This document shows, one piece after another, positions 8,338-16,930 of a stretch of 64,000 nt of DNA. Below the pieces are notes generated by a model, which was not told the DNA's origin, made no database searches, and worked only from the letters and a program-made list of their open reading frames with translations. The translations under genes and the position numbers were made by a program. The DNA comes from an uncultured Hyphomonas sp. (GTDB lineage Bacteria; Pseudomonadota; Alphaproteobacteria; Caulobacterales; Hyphomonadaceae): the NCBI GenBank assembly GCA_964644755.1, contig CAZXXY010000001.1:3484-67483 (forward strand). The letters run 5' to 3'. Within the stretch, counting starts at the first letter, position 1, and the number at the start of each line of letters is the position of its first letter.

Positions 8338-9558
8338 ATGCCGGATACAAAACATGCGACAGCCGATTGGCAAGCTGTGCGAGATCAAAATGCAAAGACC
8401 CTTCTGAAGAAGCAAATTGATGTGATCCGCAATGGCACCCATATGGCTGATGCGCCGCTCCCTCTGCACAAAGCGATCTACACATCTGAAGTGCGGCACA
8501 TGGCTGAAAAGAAACATCTCTTTCTCGACCAGCCTCTCGTCGCCGGACTTTCAGGTGACTTGCCCGAGCCGGACACTATGTTCATTTTCGATGCGGCGGG
8601 TCCATCCATTCTGGTGATGCGTGGACGCGATGGTGTCGTGCGTGCCGCACTGAACATGTGCACCCATCGCGGCGCGAAACTTGTTGACGAGGCCGAACCA
8701 TGGAGCGGCAGCGCGAAGAAAGTTACATGCCCTTTTCATGCATGGTCGTTCGACACGAGCGGGAATTTGATAGGGCAGCCCGGCAAAGAAGGATTTGCAA
8801 ACTGTGATATCGGTGCCCGCGATCTGATTGAAGTCCCCTGCACGGAATATCTCGGGCTTATTTTTGTTCGCGCCAATCCGAAAGGCGCACCAATTGATGC
8901 TGAGGCTCATTTGGGCAGTTTTGCCGATCAGTTGGCGCAGCTGGAATTTTCCCGTGCGGAACCTGTCAAAAAGGGCATTCTTCACGCGGACGCCAATTGG
9001 AAATTTGCGCTCGACACATATGGCGAGAGCTACCACTTCTCCACGCTGCACAAATCATCAATCGCAAAAGTAAACTACAACGACAAATGCGTGTATGAAG
9101 AATATGACCGCCATCACCGCGTCAATTTTCCCAAATTTTTTGTAGGCGATTTGCTCGACAAGGAAGAATCGGACTGGCCAAAGACGGACTATGGCGGCGT
9201 GCACTTCCTCTTCCCGAACACAGTGGTCTTCTTTGGTGCGATTGCCCCGGGAGCGTTTTTCACACAAGTGTTCAGGCTGTTTCCCGACGGTGTCGGTAAG
9301 ACCCGCTGCCATTTTTCGGTCTATGCTCCCTTCGGCATAAAAAGCGAGGAACACGAGCAACAATGCATCGCAGCATATGACTTGACGGCCCCCGTGGTTC
9401 AGAATGAAGACTACTGGGTCGCTTCGAGCGGCTATGCAAATTTGCTAACTGCGCCTGAAGATCACCATGTTGTCATTGGCGCAAATGAGATCGCCTTGCA
9501 CAATGTCCATCGTAACATCGCAGAAGCGATCGGGATGCCACTGACGGATACGAGATAG
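8338..9558 (+). CDS. Rieske [2Fe-2S] aromatic-ring-hydroxylating oxygenase, alpha subunit
   Basis: Rieske motif CTHRGAKLV...CPFHAWSF. Mononuclear-iron motif DTYGESYHFSTLH. ATG at 8338 lies 7 nt after GAGGA. Confidence 0.85.
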   Translation: MPDTKHATADWQAVRDQNAKTLLKKQIDVIRNGTHMADAPLPLHKAIYTSEVRHMAEKKHLFLDQPLVAGLSGDLPEPDTMFIFDAAGPSILVMRGRDGVVRAALNMCTHRGAKLVDEAEPWSGSAKKVTCPFHAWSFDTSGNLIGQPGKEGFANCDIGARDLIEVPCTEYLGLIFVRANPKGAPIDAEAHLGSFADQLAQLEFSRAEPVKKGILHADANWKFALDTYGESYHFSTLHKSSIAKVNYNDKCVYEEYDRHHRVNFPKFFVGDLLDKEESDWPKTDYGGVHFLFPNTVVFFGAIAPGAFFTQVFRLFPDGVGKTRCHFSVYAPFGIKSEEHEQQCIAAYDLTAPVVQNEDYWVASSGYANLLTAPEDHHVVIGANEIALHNVHRNIAEAIGMPLTDTR

Positions 9559-9575
9559 GCTAAAAGCGCAAGCCC

Positions 9576-10484
9576 CTACTTGCTCCAGTCCTGCTGCGCT
9601 GCCCACTTTTCAAATGTTGTCAATTGAACCGGAAGCTTGCCGGTCCAGTTTGCGGGGGCAACGTTCAGCGGTGAAACGTCCTGTTCATTGTAGAAGCGGT
9701 AGAAACGGGCCATGCCGTCATATACGCTTCCCTTGGGAATATCCCGTTTACCGGTGACGAGTTCGCTAATGTTCATAGCAAATTCGTCGGGCGCGAGACT
9801 TTGGAATTTTATAGGTCTCCCCGCAGCAGCGGACAGCTTCTGAGCGACCTCAGATCCTGTGAGGGCCTCAGGCCCTCCGACAGCGACATGCTGGCGGTCA
9901 ACTTTGTCCGTCTGCAGCGCGGCAACCATAATCTGCGCAACATCATCAAGGCTGATAAAACTGATCTTCAGATCAGGAGATGCCGGATAGGCAAAAACAT
10001 CATGCCGCACGATGGATGGCTTACACCATGGCGCAATCATATTGTTCATGAACACAACCGGCTCAATGAAGACATGATTGATGCCGGACGCCACAATCGA
10101 ATTCTGGATGCTCCGGCGGCCATCATGGGCGCTAATTTCCAAATCCCGATCAGCGACATAGCAACTGGAGTTGAAGACTATCTTTTTCAAGCCGGCGGCT
10201 TTCGCGGCATTCGCAATATTGCGCCCAAAAGCTTCCGCTTTCGCAAAGTCATGCTCAAACGGAAGATGCATGGCAAGCACGTCTTGCCCTTTAAAGGCTT
10301 CCTCGAGCGACGCCTGATCTAACAGGTTGGCAGCAACGGTTGCCAAGTCCGAGAACGGCGTGTTCGCCAATGCATCGTCACGCCGCGTTCCTGCTGTTAC
10401 AGAAAACCCTGCATCAAGGAGCCTGGAAACCAGAGGGATACCCTGATCGCCAGACGCGCCGAGTACAATCGCCTTTTCAGCCAT
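9576..10484 (-). CDS. NmrA-family NAD(P)-binding protein
   Basis: 302 aa with N-terminal KAIVLGASGDQGIPLVSRLLDAGFSVTAGTRR. The NmrA/atypical-SDR family call is by eye. Confidence 0.7.
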   Translation of the reverse strand: MAEKAIVLGASGDQGIPLVSRLLDAGFSVTAGTRRDDALANTPFSDLATVAANLLDQASLEEAFKGQDVLAMHLPFEHDFAKAEAFGRNIANAAKAAGLKKIVFNSSCYVADRDLEISAHDGRRSIQNSIVASGINHVFIEPVVFMNNMIAPWCKPSIVRHDVFAYPASPDLKISFISLDDVAQIMVAALQTDKVDRQHVAVGGPEALTGSEVAQKLSAAAGRPIKFQSLAPDEFAMNISELVTGKRDIPKGSVYDGMARFYRFYNEQDVSPLNVAPANWTGKLPVQLTTFEKWAAQQDWSK

Positions 10485-10489
10485 TGATC

Positions 10490-10897
10490 CTAGCTCTCCC
10501 CTTTAAGGTCGGCTGCGATTTTAGCCGTATCGAAATAGTGTAGATGCATCTCCTGCATCTTGCCATCGACGACGCGCGCGGATTCAATCACCCGATAAGT
10601 CGACCGGATACCGGTTGCCTTGGATGTCCCCGAGAAGTGGATGATATAGTTCGCCCATTCAGCGCCGCCGGACATCTCCACAGGTTCAACAACAGGATCA
10701 CCAAATGTCTGCATCACGACCGGAAACAGCCGGCGGAAGACATCCTTTCCGGTCCACTCTCCGCCATATGGCAAAGACTCCGGTTCATACAGAATGAAAT
10801 CGTCAGCGACGTATTTTTCGACTTCGTCCCACTCGCCCGCACGCATAAGTGCATAAACTTTCTGCATGCATTCGACCGGTGTCATCAGCGCTTCCAT
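10490..10897 (-). CDS. SnoaL-like / NTF2-fold protein
   Basis: 135 aa with NTF2-like pattern (VADDFILYEP...GGEWTGKDVF...). An alternative ATG at 10885 overlaps the upstream TGA (TGATG). Confidence 0.6.
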   Translation of the reverse strand: MEALMTPVECMQKVYALMRAGEWDEVEKYVADDFILYEPESLPYGGEWTGKDVFRRLFPVVMQTFGDPVVEPVEMSGGAEWANYIIHFSGTSKATGIRSTYRVIESARVVDGKMQEMHLHYFDTAKIAADLKGES

Positions 10898-11877
10898 GCC
10901 ATTGTGGTTTTGATTGCAGCCTTGATTTCATCCTTGTTCGGAATCCATGCCTGCTCGAGATGGGTGGCAAAGGGAACCGGCGAGAATGTTCCGCCAATAC
11001 GTTGCACAGGCGCTTTGAGCTCATTGAACAAAACTTCGTGGATGCGCGCAGAGACTTCCGCTCCGGTTCCGTATGGCTTAACCGCTTCGTGGAGCGTTAT
11101 CGCCCGTCCGGTCTTGCGGACAGACGCCATCACTGTCTCTTCATCATAGGGCGCGATCGTGCGCAGATCGACCACTTCGACCGAGATGCCATCGGCCTCC
11201 ATTTCTTCGGCAATCGCCAGCGCGTCCATGACCGTACGTCCATACGTGATGATCGACACATCTGTGCCTTCGCGGGAAATGGCGGCCTTGCCGAGCGGAA
11301 CTCTGTAGTTCGCACCGGGATGTTCGCTTTTCTGCTCATAGCTGAGAATATTCTCGATGAAGATCACCGGATCATTACACTCGATCGCAGAGCGCATAAG
11401 GCCCATCGCGTCGGCGGCATTTGACGGCGTTACAATCTTGAGACCCGCAACATGGGCAAACCATGCTTCGAGCATATCACTATGCTGCCCGCCAAACCCG
11501 ACTCCCACACCTGTGGTGGTTCGGATGACCAGCGGAACATTGGTTTGTCCGCCCGACATAAAGCGCAGCTTTGCTGCATGGTTGACGATCTGATCCATCG
11601 CACAGGCGGCGAAATTCATCAGCATGATCTCTGCAATTGGCCGCTGCCCGGCAAGCGCTGCCCCAACGGCTGCGCCGACAATCGCCGTTTCAGAAATCGG
11701 TGTCGCCCGCACGCGGTTCTCACCATATTTTTCAGTCAGGCCGGTGGTAATTTTGAACACGCCGCCGCCTTGCTTGGCCGCAACATCTTCTCCAAGACAG
11801 AAAACACTATCATCCGCCGCCATCGCCTCATCAATTGTCTGATTGAGGCCTTTGCGCATTGTAATCAGCTCACTCAT
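10885..11877 (-). CDS. 2-oxoacid dehydrogenase E1 component, beta subunit (AcoB-size, transketolase-like)
   Basis: 330 aa, with RVRATPISETAIVGAAVGAALAGQRPIAEIM. ATGA overlap with the alpha-subunit stop at 11874..11877. Confidence 0.85.
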   Translation of the reverse strand: MSELITMRKGLNQTIDEAMAADDSVFCLGEDVAAKQGGGVFKITTGLTEKYGENRVRATPISETAIVGAAVGAALAGQRPIAEIMLMNFAACAMDQIVNHAAKLRFMSGGQTNVPLVIRTTTGVGVGFGGQHSDMLEAWFAHVAGLKIVTPSNAADAMGLMRSAIECNDPVIFIENILSYEQKSEHPGANYRVPLGKAAISREGTDVSIITYGRTVMDALAIAEEMEADGISVEVVDLRTIAPYDEETVMASVRKTGRAITLHEAVKPYGTGAEVSARIHEVLFNELKAPVQRIGGTFSPVPFATHLEQAWIPNKDEIKAAIKTTMAWKR

Positions 11878-12854
11878 GCTGAAAGCTCCTCTTCAAAGAC
11901 ATCGATCAAAAGTTCTGACGGGTCGGCCAGGGGGGCCTCCAGCGCTTTTTCAATCGCTGTGTCTATCTCTGCATCCACCTCGGCGATAATCGCATCAAGC
12001 TCGGCCTGGCTAAACTGGCGATCCAACATGTATTGGGTGACTTTTGGAAGGCAATCTTCAGCCTTCATTTCTGCGATGTGCTCTTCTGGCATGTAGGAAA
12101 AATCCGATCCGAAGAAATGGCCCATCATGCGATAACACATGGCCTCGATCAAAGTTGGTCCTTCGCCGGCGCGGGCACGGCGAACCGCTTCACGCGCGGC
12201 CGTGTACATCTCTTCGATATTATTGCCGTCGACGCGAACGCCCTTCATGCCATAGCCTTCAGCCCGAGACATGATCGAGCTACCCGATGTATGATCCGCA
12301 TAGGCGGTATGCTCGCCAAAATGATTGTTCTGACACATGAAAACAACCGGCAATTTATAAAGCTCGGCCATATTGAGCGCTTCGTGAAAACTGCCAATAT
12401 TTGCTGCCCCGTCGCCAAAGTTCACGACCGTAACCTTGCCATCGCCATTGTTCTGGGACGCCATGGCCAGACCATTTGCAATCGGGATACCTGAACCAAC
12501 GACGCCCGTGGTGACCATAATACCGGTCTCCGGGTGGGTAATGTGCATCGTCCCGCCCTTGCCTTTGCAAGTGCCTGTGACCTTGCCAAGACATTCTGCC
12601 CAATATTGCTCGGCTGGAATACCCTTGCCTGTTTGTTCGCCCTGACCGCGATAGGTGCACACAACGTAATCGTCGGGTTCAAGCGCCGCCATCATCGAAG
12701 CTGATGTCAGTTCCTGTCCGCGAACAGGATAGTACATAACCGCGACGGTTCCGGCGGTTAGCAAGGCGCGGAATTTCTCATCCGTGCGATTGATCTTGGT
12801 GAACCGTGTGTACACGTCGAGCAGTTCATCTCGACTTATGCTTTCATTGCTCAT
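11874..12854 (-). CDS. 2-oxoacid dehydrogenase E1 component, alpha subunit (TPP-dependent, AcoA-size)
   Basis: 326 aa with TPP motif NFGDGAANIGSFHEALNMAELYKLPVVFMCQNNHFG. Confidence 0.85.
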   Translation of the reverse strand: MSNESISRDELLDVYTRFTKINRTDEKFRALLTAGTVAVMYYPVRGQELTSASMMAALEPDDYVVCTYRGQGEQTGKGIPAEQYWAECLGKVTGTCKGKGGTMHITHPETGIMVTTGVVGSGIPIANGLAMASQNNGDGKVTVVNFGDGAANIGSFHEALNMAELYKLPVVFMCQNNHFGEHTAYADHTSGSSIMSRAEGYGMKGVRVDGNNIEEMYTAAREAVRRARAGEGPTLIEAMCYRMMGHFFGSDFSYMPEEHIAEMKAEDCLPKVTQYMLDRQFSQAELDAIIAEVDAEIDTAIEKALEAPLADPSELLIDVFEEELSA

Positions 12855-12856
12855 AA

Positions 12857-13528
12857 TCAGCTTTCCACATGCGTTGGATAGTCCCCCGGCGGCATGCCAA
12901 AGGTTGAGTCCATGCTAGCAAGCGCGTTGGGCTTTTCGGCCACCATACGCTCTCGCCAAGCATGAATGTTTTTATATTCAGGAAGTACTGTCTGATTCCA
13001 CCAGCTGCCAAATTCGACAAACACAAAGAGCAGGATGTCGGCATAGGTGAACCGGTCGCCCGCCAACCATTTGCGCCCTTCAAGCCCCTCATTGAGTTCG
13101 CCATACCCATCTTGGGTCAGCTTTTTAAGCCCGTCCGAAGCTTCAGGCAGACAGCGCAGGCGATCCTTGAAGAAATTGAGCCCTTCATTACCGCGATATC
13201 CTGTCGTCAGTGGTGCGACCACCCTCAGATCGACCCGCCGCATCAGCATACGCGTTTCAGCGCGCTCTTCCGGCGTCGACCCGATCAGCGGGATATCGGG
13301 ATAGATTTCGTCGAGATACTGACAAATGACCGCGCCCTCTGTCAGGACGGTGCCATCATCAAGCTCCAGCACCGGCAGCTCTCCGAGCGCGTTGATCTTC
13401 CGAAACTCCGGCTTGCGATTATCCCCGACAATGATGTCGATATATTCGCGTTCAATCTCGATGCCCTTTTCGGCCAGAAAGAACATCACTGACCGCGGAT
13501 TCGGACCATGGGATTGATAGAACTTCAT
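12857..13528 (-). CDS. glutathione S-transferase
   Basis: 223 aa. N-terminal thioredoxin-like GST domain (KFYQSHGPNPRSVMFFLAEKGI, GELPVLELDDG) plus a helical C-domain. Confidence 0.75.
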   Translation of the reverse strand: MKFYQSHGPNPRSVMFFLAEKGIEIEREYIDIIVGDNRKPEFRKINALGELPVLELDDGTVLTEGAVICQYLDEIYPDIPLIGSTPEERAETRMLMRRVDLRVVAPLTTGYRGNEGLNFFKDRLRCLPEASDGLKKLTQDGYGELNEGLEGRKWLAGDRFTYADILLFVFVEFGSWWNQTVLPEYKNIHAWRERMVAEKPNALASMDSTFGMPPGDYPTHVES

Positions 13529-13537
13529 CGGCTTTTC

Positions 13538-14302
13538 CTAGAACTGGACCCGCTTGGTGAAGCCGCCATCAATGACAATATTGGTGCCGGTCATATACGG
13601 GCATGCTGGACTTGCGACGAAGACTACGGTGTTTGCGACCTCTTGTGGTTCGCCCATACGGCCCATCGGCATTTGCGCCAGCGTTGCATTGTAGAAGTCC
13701 GGCATACGCTCTTTGATGCCTTCCCAGTTTCCTGTTGGGTATTCGATGGGTCCGGGCGAAATGCAATTGACTTTGATACCTTCGGGCGCAAGCGCCTGAG
13801 CGAGCTGCGAACCATGCGTGATCAGTGCAGCTTTGATGGCATTGAACGCCTGCGGCGCAACGAATTTTTCGACAGCCGCTGTTGACGACATGAAGATGAT
13901 CGAGCCGCAATCGGAAGCGGCCAACGCGTCCTTCAGGACTTCAACACCGAAGGTTGCGCCTTTGATATCGAGATCAAGACAGCGATCCCAATCTCCGGTC
14001 GCGCCCTGACCGGATGCGCTGGCCATGTGCACGAAGATATCGCAGCCACCAAGCGCCTCTACCGCGCCAGCAAGCCAGGCTTTGTAGCCGTCCGGATTGC
14101 CCGTCATGTCGAGTTGTGTCGCGTGTACTTTCCCTGATCCGGCCGCCCCGACCTGTTCTGCGGCAGCGTCGACACGGCCCTGATCGCTGGAGAAGAAAGC
14201 GACATCGCAGCCTTCCGCAGCAAATGTTTTCAAAGAGGCCAATCCCAACCCATGAGATCCGCCATTCATGATCACTTTTTTACCTGAAAGCCCCAAATCC
14301 AT
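13538..14302 (-). CDS. SDR family protein with Phe at the catalytic Tyr position
   Basis: 254 aa. Rossmann motif GKKVIMNGGSHGLG and an SDR core. The Y-x3-K motif reads F-N-A-I-K; the Phe codon is at 13844..13846. Confidence 0.75.
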   Translation of the reverse strand: MDLGLSGKKVIMNGGSHGLGLASLKTFAAEGCDVAFFSSDQGRVDAAAEQVGAAGSGKVHATQLDMTGNPDGYKAWLAGAVEALGGCDIFVHMASASGQGATGDWDRCLDLDIKGATFGVEVLKDALAASDCGSIIFMSSTAAVEKFVAPQAFNAIKAALITHGSQLAQALAPEGIKVNCISPGPIEYPTGNWEGIKERMPDFYNATLAQMPMGRMGEPQEVANTVVFVASPACPYMTGTNIVIDGGFTKRVQF

Positions 14303-14398
14303 CTCTATTCTCCATTATCCAGTTGATTTTTGGTAACACTCTGGCCCGACAGTGCAAACGGTCAAAATTGCCAGTTAGACTATTGGTTTTGTTAGGGG

Positions 14399-15979
14399 CT
14401 AGTTGACCGCACGATCATGTCCCTTCCAATGCGGTGCACGCAACTCCCGACGCAGGATTTTACCAGAGGCATTGCGCGGCAAAGCCGGAATGAAAGCCAC
14501 GCGCTTGGGGCATTTGAACCCTGCAATCTGTGTGCGTGCATAAGCAATCACCTCATCGCTCTCCAGCGTCTCGCCATCTTTTGCAACGATATAGGCCATG
14601 ACCGTCTCTCCCCATTTTTCGTCGGGAACTCCGATGACGGCGACATCGGCAATTTTGGGATGCGAATAAAGCGCATTCTCTACCTCAGCCGGATAGATAT
14701 TCTCACCGCCAGAAATGATCATGTCTTTTACGCGATCATGGATATAGAGATAACCATCTTCATCAAGATACCCTGCATCGCCCGTGCGCAACCATCCTTC
14801 AGCGTCTATCGTTTGAGCTGTTGCGTCAGGCTTGTTCCAATATCCAGTCATGTTCTTGACCGAACGCACAGCGATCTCGCCAACACTGCGAGCAGCCAGC
14901 GACTTTCCTTCTGCGTCGATCACCTTGACCTCGACACCGTGAAGAGGCTTGCCCACAGAGCGCATTTTTTCACTGCCATCAGGATCATGATCTTCCGGAT
15001 TGAGGGTCACGATGGTGCCGGAGGTTTCGGTCATGCCGTACATTTGCACGAAACCACAGCCGAACACGCGCATACTCTCCCGCATAAGCTCCAACGGGAT
15101 CGGCGATGCGCCATAATAGATGTATCTCAACTTGGCGAAATTCGTGTCCTGAATGCGCGGGTCGTTCAGCAGCAACTGCAAGGCGGCCGGCACCATGAAC
15201 ATTCTGCCAATTTTATACGTCTCGATAAAATCCAGCGCCTGACGTGGATCATATTCACGCACGATAACGGCATTCGCGCCACTGTGTATAATTCCCAGCC
15301 CGAACACAGTGCCGCCAACATGAAAGCACGGCATCGCCAGAAGCCCTGATTCCCCCTGCTCCCAGACCTGCCAATCAAGCAATTGGTCGCTTGGGTCCTG
15401 TCCCCTCAGCGCCAAAACCGCACGGTGGCTGATAACCGCGCCTTTGGGCCGTCCCGTTGTCCCTGACGTATAAAGCTGCACCAGGGGGTTATCGCAATGC
15501 GTGTCCGTCTCAGACAGGTCAGTGCCGAAGCCCTCTCTCCAGTTTTGAAAATGCGGATAGTCTGTTCCCAAACCTTCAACGTCAAACACATGGTCCAGCG
15601 CACTGCATTCAGCCTTAAGGTCTGCGACGAGGCCAAGAAACTCTGCGCCAACAAAAACAGTTTTGGCACCGCAATCGGACAATATGTAAGTCATTTCGGG
15701 GACAGCCAACCGCCAATTAACGGGCGTTACCACCGCACCAATATGCGCCGCCGCAACAATCAGTTCGAAATAGGCGGGGGAGTTTTTGCCAAGGAACGCC
15801 ACGCGGTCGCCTTTGCCAATGCCAAGCGAACGTAAGCCATTTGCCAGTCGTTTAGAGTTCTCTTCAAGCTGGCGATAAGTCGTGGTTTCGCCCTCGAAGG
15901 TGAACACGGGCGCATCTTCGAGCTGCGCCGCTTGTTCCCGCACCAATACTGCAACCGAATATGCATCGTCTTTTGTCAT
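14399..15979 (-). CDS. acyl-CoA synthetase / long-chain fatty-acid-CoA ligase (ANL family)
   Basis: ORF 14399..16084(-). AMP-binding motif YTSGTTGRPKG, plus GWLRTGDAGYLDEDGYLYIHDRVKD and SGKILRREL. Start set at the internal ATG (MTKDDAY) after AGGGAAG. The longer start at 16084 is not excluded. Confidence 0.85.
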   Translation of the reverse strand: MTKDDAYSVAVLVREQAAQLEDAPVFTFEGETTTYRQLEENSKRLANGLRSLGIGKGDRVAFLGKNSPAYFELIVAAAHIGAVVTPVNWRLAVPEMTYILSDCGAKTVFVGAEFLGLVADLKAECSALDHVFDVEGLGTDYPHFQNWREGFGTDLSETDTHCDNPLVQLYTSGTTGRPKGAVISHRAVLALRGQDPSDQLLDWQVWEQGESGLLAMPCFHVGGTVFGLGIIHSGANAVIVREYDPRQALDFIETYKIGRMFMVPAALQLLLNDPRIQDTNFAKLRYIYYGASPIPLELMRESMRVFGCGFVQMYGMTETSGTIVTLNPEDHDPDGSEKMRSVGKPLHGVEVKVIDAEGKSLAARSVGEIAVRSVKNMTGYWNKPDATAQTIDAEGWLRTGDAGYLDEDGYLYIHDRVKDMIISGGENIYPAEVENALYSHPKIADVAVIGVPDEKWGETVMAYIVAKDGETLESDEVIAYARTQIAGFKCPKRVAFIPALPRNASGKILRRELRAPHWKGHDRAVN

Positions 15980-16103
15980 TTTACCCAACTTCCCTAAGCC
16001 CATAGGTCTACTGCCTCCAGCTCCCTTTTGCGTCCTAATAAAAGCGCTAGCGTCATACCCCACAATTTTAATAGGCCGTGACAAGTGGGCTGTTTGCTAG
16101 AGG

Positions 16104-16123
16104 ATAAACATAATAGTGTTTAT
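16104..16123. repeat. inverted repeat ATAAACA-N6-TGTTTAT (candidate operator)
   Basis: Read directly in the divergent promoter region between the ligase (-) and the SDR (+). A third TGTTT lies at 16091..16095. Its function is unknown. Confidence 0.4.
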
Positions 16124-16159
16124 GAGACACACGCAAATTCAGATCGGGCGGAAACAGCT

Positions 16160-16930
16160 ATGGCACGTTTAGACGGAAAAATCGCAATTATCACGGGCGC
16201 GGCCAAAGGGCTCGGCGAAGCTGATGCGAGGCTGTTTGCCGCCGAAGGTGCTCGCGTCATCATGACCGATATGGACACAGAAAACGGCGAACGGGTCGCT
16301 GCCGAAATTGGCGACATGGCAGAGTTCCACCCGCAAGATGTTTGCGATGAAGGCAGTTGGAAAGTGTTGATTGCCGACATTGTAAAACGCCATGGCAAGC
16401 TCGACGTACTGGTTAACAATGCCGGTATCGTTCAACCCGGAACCATAGAAACACAGACCACTGACGATTATCGCAAGATCATGGCCGTCAGCGCTGACGC
16501 TACTTTTTTCGGGAGTAAATACGCAGTGGCCGCGATGAAGAACAACAAAGACGGCAAGTGTTCGATCATCAATATGGCCTCGGTTGCTTCACTGATCGGC
16601 CAATCCAATGTCATCGCCTATTGCGGGGCTAAAGGTGCTGTCGAAGCGATGACGCGCGGCATCGCGGTCCATTGTATCAAAAGCGGCTACGCGATCCGTT
16701 GCAATAGCGTCCACCCTGGCGCGATCCTGACACCAATGGTCCAGAACATCCGCAAACAGATGGCGGGGAACAGCAAAGTCAATTACACGACGAACAAATT
16801 AGAGGACGCAAAACTGGGCCAGCCCGACGACATTGCGAACACGGTTCTGTTCTTGGCGTCGGACGAATCCAAGCACATCAATGGTGCCTCTATCCCCGTG
16901 GACAATGGAAACATAATTTTCCCGCATTAA
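16160..16930 (+). CDS. SDR family oxidoreductase (hydroxysteroid-dehydrogenase-like)
   Basis: ORF 16085..16930. Start set at the ATG giving MARLDGKIAIITGAAKGLGEA. YCGAK active site. Confidence 0.8.
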   Translation: MARLDGKIAIITGAAKGLGEADARLFAAEGARVIMTDMDTENGERVAAEIGDMAEFHPQDVCDEGSWKVLIADIVKRHGKLDVLVNNAGIVQPGTIETQTTDDYRKIMAVSADATFFGSKYAVAAMKNNKDGKCSIINMASVASLIGQSNVIAYCGAKGAVEAMTRGIAVHCIKSGYAIRCNSVHPGAILTPMVQNIRKQMAGNSKVNYTTNKLEDAKLGQPDDIANTVLFLASDESKHINGASIPVDNGNIIFPH

